Positions 49,866 through 63,691 are shown, counted from the first letter of the stretch. The stretch: 64,000 bases of DNA from Octopus vulgaris (GCA_951406725.2 OX597833.1:20026001-20090000); one strand, 5' to 3'. Numbers and translations are program-made. Notes: generated by a model not told the origin, from the sequence alone.

Positions 49866-50588
49866 CACTTCCTAAAGCATTCTTCCCTTCTTAAGACAGC
49901 GGGTTGTAAAGGAGATGTGTCTAATATTCTTAGCAGGGCAGATGACTTACACTGCTAATGCCATGGAGAAAAGAGAGATTGTTGTAGGTATTTCTTTTTT
50001 TCACTTCAACAAAATAGTAACCATTTGCTTCAGTAATAAATCTACTTTTATAAGTTTCTATCAGTTTTACAAAACCCAAACTGAGCAAATGAGAGAATTT
50101 TGACCTGGTAAATATAGCAGCCAAATCTCTCCAACCACACTCTGCCAGCTAACAAAAAACAAAGGAAAGGACTGATACACAAGGCCTAAAAGAAAGCAGA
50201 ATAACCATGATTGAAATGACTTTGATCATAGATTGGCTTAATTAGGATTGACACGAGTCAAGCAACAACAAAATCTAAACCATGCTGGTATGTGGGTTGA
50301 TGACAATGTTTTTCCCTCATTATCTTCAAAAGACACTCAGTCTGACCAAGATAAAATACAGACAGAAACAAAGAAAATATGAACCAGTTTTTAATTCAGA
50401 TAATGTTGCAATGTATCAAATTTTCTTTTAAAAACCAGACAATAATGAACAAAAAAAAATAAATAAATAAAGTAAAACTAAGTCTGAGTAATGCAAAATC
50501 ATTATAAAAGCATAAAGATATCAGGAATGAAATAAATGAATAAATATCAGGTCAAGTATGTAAATGTGTGAAGTTAAGACTAGATTAA

Positions 50589-51268
50589 CATCATCATCAT
50601 CATTGTTTAGTGTCCGCTTTCCATGCTAGCATGGGTTGGACGGTTCGACCGGGGATCTGGGAAGCCAGGAGGCTGCACCAGATCCAGTCTGATCTGGCAG
50701 TGTTTCTACGGCTGGATGCCCTTCCTAACGCCAATGACTCCGTGAGTGTAGTGGGTGCTTTTTACGTGCCACCTGCACAGGTGCCAGACGAGGCTGGCAA
50801 ACGGCCATGATCGGATGGTGCTTTTTACGTGCCACAGGCACGGAGGCCAGGCGAGGCTGGCAATGGCCACGATCGGATGGTGCTTTTTACGTGCCACCTG
50901 CACAGGTGCCAGACGAGGCTGGCAAACGGCCACGATCGGATGGTGCTTTTTACGTGCCACGGGCACGGAGGCCAGGCGAGGGTGGCAATGGCCACGATCG
51001 GATGGTGCTTTTTATGTGCCACCAGTACAGGTGCCAGACAAGGCTGGCAAACGGCCACGATCAGATGGTGCTTTTTACATGCCACGGGCACGGAGGCCAG
51101 ACGAGGGTGGCAATGGCCACGATCAGATGGTGCTTTTTACGTGCCACCAGCACAGGTGCCAGAAGAGGCTGGAAAACAGCCACGATCGGATGGTGCTTTT
51201 TACGTGCCACCAGCACAGGTGCCAGACGAGGCTGGCAAACGGCCACAATCGGATGGTGCTTTCACGTG
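50589..51268 (-). mobile_element. RTE 3' UTR (family C) with an 8-unit, 62-63-bp tandem array
   Basis: CACGATCGGATGGTGCTTTTTACGTGCCAC at about 50806, 50868, 50931, 50993, 51056, 51118, 51181 and 51244. Confidence 0.9.
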
Positions 51269-51654
51269 ACAAAAATGGTAGCACACTAGATTTAGAGTAT
51301 TTAGTTCTCTCTTCATTCTAAGTTCAAATACTACTGGGATATCACCATATCAACTTTGCTTAATATCCATCCTGAACACTTCAGCTTCACCATCACCTGT
51401 GGTAATGCCATGAGCATGTTGGCCCGCTTCAGTAAGTTCCATTAAACCTCGTGGTGTGCAACCAACTGAAGCACTTAGTGTTAAATTGATGCTTTTTCTC
51501 TTTTTTTCTTTCTTTTTTCTCTTTCTTCACTCATGTTTATGTTGCCTTCAGTTCTGGATCTGTATTTTAATATGGTTTTGTAAAATAAATGTATCGTATA
51601 CATACATGTTATACACATAATCATTAAATTCATATCTTCATTCTCATGGAATAC

Positions 51655-51944
51655 CTTTTACTTGTTTCAGTCATGCTGGGGCCCTGAAGATTTTTTTTTC
51701 TTAGTTCACTAAATCAACCTCAATACTTATTTTTTTTTAAAGCCTATTACTTATTCTATCGATCTCTTTTGCCTAACCACTAAGTTATGGGGACATAAAT
51801 ACCAGCTGTCAAGTGGTGGTGGGAACAAACACGCGCGCACACACACACACATGATGATGTTTCGTTATATGCACATATACGCAGCGCTAAGCATGTGGCA
51901 AGCTTTCTACGGCCGGATGCCCTTCCTGACGCCAACCCCCACTG

Positions 51945-51977
<33 letters not shown>

Positions 51978-52129
51978 ATATATACATATATGTGTATGTG
52001 TATATATATATGTGTGTGTATAAATATATATATATGTGTGTATATATATGTGTGTGTGTGTGTGTGTGTTAGGCTGACCAAAGCGTGTAAGTGGATTTGA
52101 CAGACGAAAACTGAAAGAAGTCCATTGTG

Positions 52130-52165
<36 letters not shown>

Positions 52166-52166
52166 C

Positions 52167-52209
<43 letters not shown>

Positions 52210-52359
52210 GTGAAATAGAAAGATGAATAATCTTGTAGTAGATTAATCAAAAGTTTAACCGATACCTTAGTAGCAAAAATCACAGCAGTAAACGATTTCT
52301 GTTCAATAAAACGATTTCTGTTCAATCTGCGTTCAGCTCCATTTCTTCAATTCACCAAT

Positions 52360-52390
<31 letters not shown>

Positions 52391-52538
52391 CACAATGAAC
52401 TTCTTTCAGTTTCCGTCTGTCAAATCCACTTACATGCTTTGGTCAGCCTAAAGTTATAGTAGAAGACACTTGTCCAAGGTGCTATACAGTGGGACTGAAC
52501 CTGGAACCATGTGGTTGGGAAACAAGCTTCTTACCACA
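51655..52538 (-). mobile_element. SINE A expanded by microsatellite growth, internal insertions and an inverted duplication
   Basis: Tail at 51655-51830 and head at 52390-52538. 52069-52130 is the reverse complement of 52390-52451. Confidence 0.75.
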
Positions 52539-52592
52539 TTTATAAAATTAAAATAAATTTTTTCTTTCTTCCAAATAAGAGATCCTCTATGT

Positions 52593-52740
52593 CAGTCATG
52601 GGCAAACTGCAACCTGTGGATCGCATGTGGACCATGGGACTTTCTGTATGGTATACCTAATGAAAAATTACCTAGAACTTCTTCATAGGTGATAGGCCGT
52701 GTCCAAAAGGTCTGCTTCTCGAAAAAGCTGCCCATGTCTG
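52593..52740. mobile_element. hAT (Charlie/MER58-like) MITE
   Basis: TIR CAGTCATGGGCAAACT / AGCTGCCCATGTCTG; 8-bp TSD CTCTATGT / CTCAATGT. Confidence 0.8.
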
Positions 52741-53709
52741 CTCAATGTAGTTGCTCTACCTGCAATTAACAGCAGCTAAATCTCATTGTCTTAAAAAAAA
52801 GGATAGAGTAGATAATAATGTAGTCCTAGATACACTATGTCTGGAAAGAAGTAAGAGGCAGGATGGTCATGGCTAATACTCCTTTGGTCATAAGTCACTT
52901 CTGAATCAAAGATGCCTGGAGTTAAACAACAACAAATAGGAAACAGTAATAATGTGGTACTTGAATCAGTCATTTGTATTTCCCACTCTTTAACCACTTC
53001 TCATACAAATGTGTGGCCTTGTGCCAATGTAGAACAAAAATTAATATTAATTCCAACATCCCCACTGAACTTTAAAATGTACTTAAAGCTTCTTTTAGTA
53101 GCTTATAAAATGTTGTTGAGCTGACCTGGTCTGTTTTGCTTCAGCAGACCTAATAACTACAAGATTTAAATTGTAGACAGATGCCAGAAGGGAACGATAT
53201 AGCTTAACACACATATATATATATAAGTTGACTATGGACTATAAATAAAAATACTTGTTTTAAGAAGAATATATGTTGAAGTAAAAAATAATAAATAAGC
53301 TGGCTTGTATTCAAACAGAATGGATGGGGTAGTAAGAGATGTTGGATAAAACATATGTTAATATAACATTAGGTGAGATATAAGTGATACTTAATATAAA
53401 TAGATCTAGCAGCATATTGAAATTAATGAACATAGTTTCTTTTATTTCTTGATCTAAGGAGGAAAACAGAGCTCGTGGCCAATTTTTGATCTAATAAGAC
53501 AGAGGGATAAAGATAATTAGGTGAGGTTAGTTCATTTGATACTGAAGCTTGAACAGACTAGGTTGAAAATGCAGACAGGAAGGTAGTTTTAAAAGGATGC
53601 AGTGGATAGAATCAGTAGAGATGTTGGACAAAGATGTGGAGAAGGAGGTAGTTTCATAGTAATGCAGTCAAGCTAACCAGTAAATCAATGGAAAAAAAAC
53701 ACTTTAATA

Positions 53710-54525
53710 TCATCATCACCATCGTCATCCTTTAACATCCATTTTCCATGCTGACATGGGTTGGATAGTTTGACCAAGTCTGATTTGACTTAGCCCTTCC
53801 TAATGGCAACCACTTTACAGAGAGTGCTGGGTGTCTTTTATGTGGCACTGGCATGGGCGTTTTTACATGGCATCTGCATGGTAGTTATTACATGATGCTG
53901 GCACATGTGCTTTTCACATGGTACCAACACAGGGCACTTGCAATCCTCTTCAGCAGGGAGAGTGACATTAACACTTCTGCCATGAAGGATGGGTCTTCTT
54001 GAGTACAGCAAAGTGCCAGATATCTTGGTTGAGTTGCTGTAGGAGTTGGCCTTCTTTTCATCCCTTCAGAAGTAGATAAAATAAGTCCCAGTAAGGTAGT
54101 AGGCTTAATTTAATTAACTTGTCTGTCTCACCATGTCTGAAAAATGAACTTGTGTGCCTTGCTTCCTAAATTAGTCAAACTTCAAAATTCATTTTGTGGA
54201 TTGACTGGAGATGGCCTATCTCAAAAGAGATGCCCATACTCTGAGAATTTGGTGTGCACATATGCTGGCCCCACCACATAAAAAGTACCTGTCCCAGTGC
54301 CTAGTAATAATGTCTGTGCTGGTGCTGTCTAAAAACATCCATGTTTGTGTAACATAGAAAGCAACTGGCACTCTGTAAAATGGTTGGCATTAAGAAGGGC
54401 ATCCAGCTGTAGAAACCAAGCCAAATCTGACTAGAACCTGGTGCAGTTCTTCTGCTTACCAGCTCTGGTTGAACCATCCAACCTATGCCAGCATAGAAAA
54501 TGGATGTGAAATGTTGAGGATGATG
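53710..54525. mobile_element. Two diverged family C tails in opposite orientation (53710-54030 -, 54300-54525 +)
   Basis: CCCTTCCTAATG and AAGGGCATCCAGCTGTAG motifs. Confidence 0.65.
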
Positions 54526-54689
54526 TCTGATACAAATTCCAGCTCTCTGAAAAAGCTGTCATTTGGCAAGTAGTTATCATACACAAAGTGTATATACATG
54601 ACCTGCCTAGCATAGACACTGCACTTTGAGTACAGAACACTTATCTGCAGTGCTTATAACCTCAACAATTTATGTCCTATCAAAGTAGC

Positions 54690-54912
54690 TTACCAGTTAC
54701 GCACTGAGGTCAATGTAATCAACTTAATCCCTTTGTCTGTCCTTGCTTGTCCCCTCTATGTTTAGCCCCTTGTGGGCAATAAAGAAATAAGAATAAGTAT
54801 CAGACTTATGAAAAAATAAGTACTGGGGGATGATCTGTTTGACTAAAACCCTTCAAGGTGATGTCCCAGCATGGCCACAGTCTAATGACTGAAACAAGTA
54901 AAGAATAAAAGA
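54690..54912 (+). mobile_element. SINE B 3' half fused to a SINE A tail
   Basis: ...CAATAAAGAAATAAG directly followed by AATAAGTATCAGACTT...GACTGAAACAAGT. Confidence 0.75.
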
Positions 54913-56244
54913 TATAAGTTCAAGAGAAGAAAAGAAAAAAAAGAAAAGCAAAAAGAACAGAATCTGGAGAAAATGATCAAGTTGGAGCTTTAAGAAAAAA
55001 AAAACATGGGAAAGGCATGATTGCCTTGTATGCATTTAAGCAAATTAAGACTGGTCCTCGGTAGTAAAAAAGAAAGCATTTTGTACTGAAAATGTTCTTA
55101 AAAAAGAAGCAAGTGTTCATGTTTCCTCAACATAATTATTGTTATTGTTGTCCATATGTTATATCCTGTATTGAGCAGACAGATAATCAAATTCAATCCA
55201 GACAAGACCATCCTTCTGGTTCTCCCCCCCGTCAGACATGATCTACTCCAGACTAAGTGTACTTTTGTATGCAAGTCATTATTAATCAATGAACAAGTAT
55301 TTACTTATCTCACACTAGTGTGATAAGAGACAAGTTTTGCTCCTCTTCAGTTTTTGTAATCAGAATTTACATGCTTCAGTAAATGATTGATTAGTCGTCA
55401 CTTTATGGTGAAGTGAAGTTGGCAGTGCCTATTTTTCAGACCAGTAGACTGCAGCAAGTAAAATTGCTTTGTTGTCAAAAAGAGACATCTATATTAGATG
55501 CAATAACGTTAGGTGTAACAGTTGTGAAATTAACAAAGATGTACTGTTATTCAGAAGCTTAGATATGTCATTGACCTTAAGGCTATCTAGTAAAATTACA
55601 AATTGCAGATACGTAATTGAGATTGAATCATTGTTGCCGATACTAGAAAATATGAAAAAATGAACATTAGTTTTTGTTGTTCTTCAAAATTATATTTCTT
55701 CTCAGCATAATATTTTTTCCATTCATCTTGTAGCTTTTATTTACTAATTTTTACTATTTTATTTATTATTCACAACTCTTTCCAACCTTCCCAATTTATT
55801 GTCTCAGCACGTGTTCTTCATTCATTATATTCACCTTCTCACCAACTCCCTGATTCTAACCATCTCTCATTCTCCCCTTACATTCTTGCAACCTCTGCCC
55901 ATCCACACACCCTGTTCTCCTGTCCCCACCCATTTCTTACCCACCTTGAACTTTGAGGGTTCACCTTGATATCTCATCACTGCTATTTTTATCTTTCCAG
56001 TTTCCACCCTGGTCACTCTCTCTCTTCTAAATTGTGAGTAGCTCCTCTACAGGAAGACACCTGTTCCATTCTTGCCCTTCCTCTCATACTTTAACCTCTC
56101 ATAAAGCTACTTCCTTCTCTACTGAAGCTCCACACAGTTGAAGAGAATCTTAGTCTGGCATGCTTCATGGTGACCTCACTGGTGTTTGTGCTCAGAAGAA
56201 TGCACCCAGTATGTGCTGTAACATGACTGATATGAGGTAAAGCA

Positions 56245-56577
56245 TCCCAAAAGACCTGCTTTATAGTGAACTGGCCTCTGGCAAGAGAAGTACAGAGTCT
56301 CTTTACATGAACATTGGCAGGCGGGAAGACATTGCTGGTGATCACACCAACTGGAGACTGGGAGAGGCTGAAGCCTAGTGATGAACAAAGCGAAACTGAC
56401 AAAAAAGCAGCATCTGGACAAGATTGGTAAAGAGTGCCTTCAACTGCAGTCATTGCAGCCAGGGCTGTCACTCACAGATGGGTCTCTACAGTCACAGCAG
56501 CTGCAGCTCTGCCAATAAAATGAAAGGAAGACTTCCCAGATAACAGATCCATGGTCTTTAGAGACTAATGGATGCTG
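56245..56577 (+). mobile_element. Degraded BovB/AviRTE-like RTE 3' fragment
   Basis: IPKDLLYSELASGKR and a C-terminal zinc-finger-like CSHCSQGCHSQMGLYSH; tail CCATGGTCTTTAGAGACTAATGGATGC. Confidence 0.65.
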
Positions 56578-57111
56578 TTGCTGCTCACTCACTCTCTCTC
56601 TCTCTTTCTCTCTCTCTCTCTATCTATCTATCTATGTATCTATCTGTCTGTCTTGTCTGTCTATCTATCTAAGCATGCATACATATAATAACTGTTTCAA
56701 ATTTTGGCAAAAGGTCAGTTTTTAAAGGGGAGGGGGTTTAGTCAATAACATCAAGCCCAGTGCCTCCCTGATACATTATTTTATAGAGCCTGAAAAGATG
56801 AACCCTGAACATAAAGGACCGGAAAAAATGCCGCAACACTAACAATTCTGAAGGTACAAGGTCGGCAGTTCTGAGAGGCAGGGGTTAGTCAATACCACCA
56901 AATCCAGTATTTAACAGGTACTTTTATTTTATCAACCCTGGAAGAATAAAAATCAAAGTTAACCTCAATGGGATTTGAACTCAGAACAAAAGCAGCTGAA
57001 ACAAATACCACAGGGTATTTTTGCCATGCTGCTGCTCTCATACCCACCACCTTAATAATTTCTAATTTAGGTTCAAGATGAGAAATTCATTTGGTGGGGG
57101 AATGATAGGTA

Positions 57112-57455
57112 CTAGGCATGGTTGTATGGTAAGAAGTTTGCTTTCCAACTACATGGCTCCTGGTTCAGTCCCACTGCATGGCACCTTGGGCAAGTATCTT
57201 CTACTTACAAAGCCTTGTAAGAGGATTTGGTAGATAGAAACTGAAAAGAAGTCCATTGTATATAAATGTGTGTGTGTATGTTTGTGTGCATGTTTGTCCC
57301 CCGTTACCACTGACAACTGGTGTTGGTGTGTTTATGTCCCCATAGCTTAGTGGTTCAACCTGAGAGACTGATAGAACAAGTAGCTTGAGAATTTGGACTA
57401 AAATTCATCAATGCAGTGCCCCAGCATGGCAACAGTCTAATAACTAAAATGAGTA
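57112..57455 (+). mobile_element. SINE family A (diverged), among degraded SINE B copies (56690-57810)
   Basis: Consensus motifs. Confidence 0.75.
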
Positions 57456-58014
57456 AATGATTAAAAATAACCCCAGAAGGATGAAAGGCAATGTTAGCCT
57501 AGGCAGGATTTGAACTCAGAATAAAAGTAGTCAGAAAGAAATGCTTTTTTACCTGATCTAAAAAATTTCCCAGCTCATTTACATGCTGAGTTCACATCTA
57601 ACCAAGAGCAACTTTGCTTTTCATTCCTTCTGGGGACAACGATAAGAATAACTGTTTCTAATTTAGCCACAAGGCCAGCAATCTGAGGAGAGGAGAAGTT
57701 AGTTGATACTATGGACTCCAGTCCTTCACTGCGAATTTATTTTATCAACCCTGACAGAATGAAGAAAAGTTAAGCTCAGCAGGATTTGAACTCAGAATGT
57801 GAAATGTCAGAGAAAAAAATACTATATTTATAAGTTAGAATATTCATTTTTCAATCTATTTTCTGTGTGTATAAGTTTTTTACATATGAATGTATCTTTA
57901 TATATGAGAAGTAGCATATATTTAAGTGTTGCAAACTCTATTATTAAGTTATGAAAGCAAAATACATCAGGATGTTTATGATTTGCATCTTGAGAAATAT
58001 ATAGTTATTTACAT

Positions 58015-59748
58015 ATCATCATCAACATCATCATTCAATGTCCATTGTCCATGCTGGCATGGGTTGGATGGTTTGACCAGGGCTGACAAGCTGGAAGGCT
58101 GCACCAGATTCCAGTTTGTTTTGGCATGGTTTCTATGGCTGGATGCTCTTCCTAATGCTAACCACTCTGAGAGTGTAATGGTTGCTTTTACATGCCACTA
58201 GCACAGGTGCCATTTGCATGACATTCGTATCTGCCACGACTGTGATTTTACTTGCCAAAGGTCTTGGTCATTGCTTCCATGAGGCCCAACACTCAAAAGG
58301 AACTCAGCCACTTTTCCTGGGTCTACTTCTACCACAGGTTCCCTACCCAGTTAGGGATTAGCACTTCTTTACACAGCTGTCCTTGTCCATACACATCACA
58401 TGATCATACCAGCATATTCGTCTCTCTTGCACACCACATCTGATGCCTAACTTTACTCTCAAGATGCTTTAACTCTGTCGAACATGCACACTAACAATGC
58501 ACATCCAGCGAAGCATACTGGCTTCATTTCTTTCAAGCCTATACATGTCCTCAGCTGTCACAGCCCATATTTCACTGCCATGTAGCATAGCTGTTTGCAC
58601 ACAGGCATCATACAATTGGCCTTTCACTCTGAAAGAGAGGCATTTTGTTGCCAGCAGAGGAAGGAGCTAAACTTTGCCCAGCCTAATCTTATGCTGACAG
58701 CTATCCTCTCAGAGCATCCACCTCCGCTACTAACTTGATCACCTAGACAACAGAGTCTATCTATTACCTCTAGCTTACCCTCATGGCAGTTGATGGAATC
58801 TATTTTCTGTACATTTTTGGTGTTTATTGTACCTGTGCATCTACCACACACAAAAGCAATTTTCCCTGTTAACCTTCCTCTGATATTGCTGCACCTTTTA
58901 TGCATCCAAAACTTACACCAGGTGCCACTTACAGAGTTACTACCAACACCTTTTCTACAGATCAAGCAGGGCCATTTACCTGAAGGGACTTGTGACTTAT
59001 CTGCCTTCTTACTTACTAAGACTTTGGTTTTTGCAAGGTTAACTCTAAGGCCCTTTGATTCTAGACCTTGTTTCTATACCTGGAACTTTTCTAGTTCTAG
59101 TAGTGATTCGGCTATAAGAACAAGGTCATCAGCATAAAGGAGCTCCCAGGGGCAGCCTGTCTTAAATTCCTCTGTTACTGCCTGGAGGGCTCTGATGAAC
59201 AAAAGGGAGATTAGGACCGATCCTTAGTGAACCCCTACTTGTACTATGAATTCTTCACTGTACTTGTTGCTAACCCTCACCTTACTGATAGCATCTCTGT
59301 ACATGGTTTGTACAGCCCTCACCAGCCACTTGTCTATCCCTAGTTTCCACATTGACCACCAGGCAAGGGATTGGGAGACCCTGTCAAAAGCTTTCTGTAA
59401 GTCAACAAAAGCTAAGTACAGAGGTTTATCTTTGGCTATGTAGTTCTCCTGCAGCTGTCTTACAAGAAATATAGCATCAGTGGTGCTTCTCCTTGGCACA
59501 AAACCAAACTGTATCTCATCTACACTAATTCTCCCCCTAATTAGTTGGGCTATGACTCTCTTGGTAACTTTCATGACATGATCCAAGAATCTGATACCTC
59601 TGTAATTATTTGTATCTAAGGCATCACCTTTACCCTTGTAACAGTTGACTATAGTGCTACTACACCAGTCACTGTGTATGACTCCTTCATGAATCACCTG
59701 ATTTACAATACGGGTAACTAGACCATAACCTACACCACCAGATATTCT
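58015..59748 (-). pseudogene. 5'-truncated RTE-clade LINE (reverse transcriptase pseudogene)
   Basis: YKGKGDALDTNNYRGI, QFGFVPRRSTTDAIF, LAFVDLQKAFDRV, GVH*GS, CPWELLYADDLVL and the Cys-rich insert CKFWMHKRCS, with stops and frameshifts. Ends in the family-C UTR and (GAT)n. Confidence 0.95.
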
Positions 59749-59804
59749 GTATGTATATCATCATATATATTGAATCACACACAGTCATGTTATATATATA
59801 TATA

Positions 59805-60640
59805 TTCTTTTACTTGTTTCAGTCATCTGACTGTGGCCATGCTGGGGCACTGACTTGAGAGTTTTAGTTGAAGAAATCAACCCCAGGACTTATTCCTTTT
59901 AAGCCTGGTACTTTTTCTCTTGGGCTCTTTTGCTGAACTGATTGGTTAGAGGGATGTAAACACATCAACACTGGTTGTCAAGCAATGGTGGTGGGGGACA
60001 AACAGAGACACAAAGACACTCACATAAGAATATATATATATATATATGTATGTATGTATGTGTGTGTGTGTGTGCATGTGTGTGTGTGTGCATATGTGTG
60101 TGTGTGTGATGGGCTTCTTTCAGTTTCAGTCTACCAAATCCACTCACAAGGTATTGTTCAACCCGAGGTTATAGTAGAAGACACATGTCCAAGATGCAAC
60201 ACAGGGGGACTGAACCTGGAACCATGCGGTTGGGAAATATAAATCTCTCTTTTACTCTTTTACTTGTTTCAGTCATTTGACTGTGTCCATGCTGGAGCAC
60301 CACCTTTAGTCAAGTAAATCGACCCCAGGACTTATTCGTTGTAAGCCTAGTACTTATTCTATTGGCTGAACTGCTAAGTTACTGGGACATAAACATACCA
60401 CCATTGGTTGTCAAGTAATGTTGGGGGGACAAACACAGACACACAAACATATATACACACACACACATATATACAACGGGCTTCTTTCATTTTCCGTCAA
60501 CCAAATCCACTCACAAGGCTTTGGTCGGCCCGAGGCTATAGTAGAAGACACTTGCCTAAGGTGCCACGCAGTGGGACTGAACCCAGAACCATGTGGTTCG
60601 TAAGGAAGCTACTTACCACACAGCCACTCCTACGCCTATA
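59805..60640 (-). mobile_element. Two tandem SINE A copies (59805-60235 and 60247-60640)
   Basis: Reverse complement of the family-A consensus, twice. Confidence 0.88.
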
Positions 60641-60733
60641 TACATACAAATATAATTTTATAAAAAGAGAATGAAATATTTTCAAAATTATATGTGTATG
60701 TGCTATATGTGTGTTTGTGTGTGTGCATAGAGG

Positions 60734-60771
<38 letters not shown>

Positions 60772-61556
60772 TATACACACACCTTCAATGGAGATATTTT
60801 TCATTTCTATATTTTCTTACTGCATTTTCTCTGATGGTAGAATACTTAGATTATGTGGAATTCTTCACTCAAATAATATGATCCACATGCTTGGCCATTC
60901 TAGAAACAGTTGTAAGAGACTTTGCCTATTCATCATAATTCATCTGCACTATGTTTATATTCTATATTTAAATTAAATGTTTCTGGAGTGATGCCAAATA
61001 TTTTGTTTATTCATTTTCTCTTTTAATATGTAAATGCATATGTAGATCTAATTTTGAAAAAAAATCTGTAAATTTTCTTTTATTTTTTAACTGGTTTCAG
61101 CCAGTGGGCTATGGCCATAATTGTATTTTTCTATTTTTGTTTTGTTAAGAAAAGAAACTTTATATCAAACATTGAGAACAATGGAAAAAAAAATTCAGTT
61201 TTTTAAGGAAAAATACAAATGCAGATTGAGCCAGCTGTCATGAATAAATGACCTAAATTTAAAGTGAATTTAAAATAAACAAGATATCTAGGTTAACATG
61301 AAGCAATCTTTGAATGCTAAGGTTGAAATTTCACTTTGTCACAGCACAAAATAATATAGGTGTGGTAATAGGAGTAAATGTTGGAACCAGTGCAGTGTCA
61401 GGAAGAAAATGTTTTATGGTATTTAGTTACATCTCTTTACATTCTGTGTTCAAATCCTGCCTAGATTGACTTTGTTTTTCATACGTACAGAGGTCAGTGA
61501 AATAAAATAAACAAGTGGGGATTAATATAAAGTTTACAAAAAAAATAATAATGAGC

Positions 61557-62105
61557 TTACTGCATGCAGTGCTCAGGTGCACTACAATTCGTCAGAAAAA
61601 GGAACCAAAACTGCATGAACAATATATAGAATAAGGCACAGGAAGTGAACAGTGAATAAACCTTAAAAAAAAAAGGAAGAAAGAAGGAAAGAAAGAAATG
61701 GGGGTGGGGAGCATTGGGTGTACTGTCAGCGAATTTCAGGAAGCATGAAAGTTTTGAATTAAATGTCTTCATAGCTAACAACTGATGCAGGTAGTTTATT
61801 CCATGCATCAGCAACTCTGAGCATGAAAAAATGTTTCTGAAAGTCACAGATGTTGTGTTGTGTTTTGATTTTGTAAGTATGCCCCCAAGTGTAAAACATA
61901 TGGAATTCAAGAAGGTGCCCACGGTTGTTGTTAGACAGATGGTGGTTTCTAGTTACAGCTAAGTAGACTGAACAATTGAGAGCCAAGTGTCTTTTGTTAA
62001 TCTTGATGAGAAATATTGCACTCTAAGCAACAAGATGCACACCACCAGCTATTTCGCTGACAGGCCACAAACATCTCACCAAGCCAGCTAGCTCCAACTC
62101 TTCTA
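61557..62105 (-). mobile_element. CR1-type LINE 3' fragment
   Basis: GHTYKIKTQH...KHFFMLRVADAWNKLPASVV (ORF 61759..61986). Confidence 0.8.
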
Positions 62106-62765
62106 GATGCCAATAAAGAAACAAGGAAAGTAATTGACATATTTACCAATATCAGAACAGCAGGACTTCACAGATATTGAAAACAAATCACAATGGCGTG
62201 ACTGTTTTCATTTCATTGTTAGTTTTACATAAGCTGAAGAAGGAACTAAATAAATGTTAATAATACGCAGGCTTTGAAGAGATGTTTCCTCTTTACCTAT
62301 ATATTATCCAAGTGTTCAATGTCAGATCATGCTGAACCATTAGTTTATACAGGTTACCACTTCCTGAGATGATTCTAATCAGTGAAGTGGAGGCATGCCT
62401 GTCAGTTTTGTTTTCTTGACCTGACTTTGCACTTTAGTTTGGTTACTAAGCTAAGTAAACACTGGATGTTTCCTGCTGATTTCATATTCCTGATATTAAT
62501 CAGATTTCCTTGAAAGAAGGCGAAAGGTGGCTACAGCAATGACAGACAACTTCTGGTTCTTTTATGCTCTGAGTTCAAATCTTGCCTAACTACCTCACCA
62601 CCACCACCACCATTACTTTGCTGAGGTTTAACCCCAGGTCAGCCCTGCTTCAGCAGAACTATGATCAAAGGTACTCCAACCATGACAATCCCACTTTTTA
62701 TTCAAACATGCTCTTTTATGTTCTGAATTCAAATCCAACCAAGCTGCTGCTGCTGCTGTTGTTGT

Positions 62766-62964
62766 TGTTAAGCAACAAGATGGGTAAGGGTGCTTAGGTG
62801 ATGGTCTAGGACCTAGGGGCAGGAGACCCCAGATCTTGGGAAAAAAAAAAATTTGGTCATCTTGTTGTAGTCGAGGGCTCTTCGTTGACGCCTGACACCA
62901 CTGGGAGGTGGCCCGCGAAGTCGCTGGAAATGGAGATCTCCGGGTCCAAATTCTTGAACGGCTG
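62766..62964 (-). repeat. Second copy of the unclassified GC-rich element (see 31307)
   Basis: Ends GGTCCAAATTCTTGAACGGCTGC, adjacent to (CTA)n. Confidence 0.75.
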
Positions 62965-63003
<39 letters not shown>

Positions 63004-63691
63004 TTACTATGTCGTTGTTTAATCCCAGTACTCCAGCCATGACAACTCCACTTTTATTCAGACATAATCTATCTAAGATTACATTAACCAACATGTCCTT
63101 TCCTTTTTTCTTTTTTGTAATAAACACCAAATATAGTTTGAAGGATACTTGGTAGTTATTTCTAGCAGGATCAATGACTGTATAGATATTCCTTCATTGT
63201 AGTAGCAGTGATTACCATCATCATCATCATCATCATCATTATCATTGTTATTATTATTATTATTACTATTGTGATGATGAATCAATTATATTATATGGTA
63301 CATGACTGCTAGTATCCACACAACAGGCTGCAGCTTTCACTTTCTTAATACTCTGACTAAAGCCTCTCATTCTAATGGGTCGTGCGTTGTTGTCTAACCA
63401 CTCAATTTTACATGACAGACAAACTATTGATAGTAAAACCTAAAGTGAGCCGTCAGAGCTTAATCAATTGTTAATGCTATATTGCAGTGTGCACTGACAG
63501 TAGACTCTTTAACCCACATTCTAGACAGTAACTTCTATATATTAATAACATGCTCAAATATACTTCTGCTACACAAGGACATACACAATAGCAACAAGAC
63601 ATACAATCGCTAGACAGAAAAAAGAAAAAAAGAGCTTTGCAACAGGAGACAAGGATGCTTGTATGCCTGAGGTGGAGAAATTTTGCTTGTA

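Noticed and set aside
50750-51268. CRISPR array
   Set aside because: The linkers are two recurring types rather than unique spacers, the array is embedded in an RTE 3' UTR, there are no cas genes, and the context is eukaryotic.
51323-51431. Exon FKYYWDITISTLLNIHPEHFSFTITCGNAMSMLARF ending at a GTAAGT donor
   Set aside because: The 5' half resembles a degraded family-B SINE (TTCTAAGTTCAAAT...TCAACTTTGC). It is not supported without RNA data.
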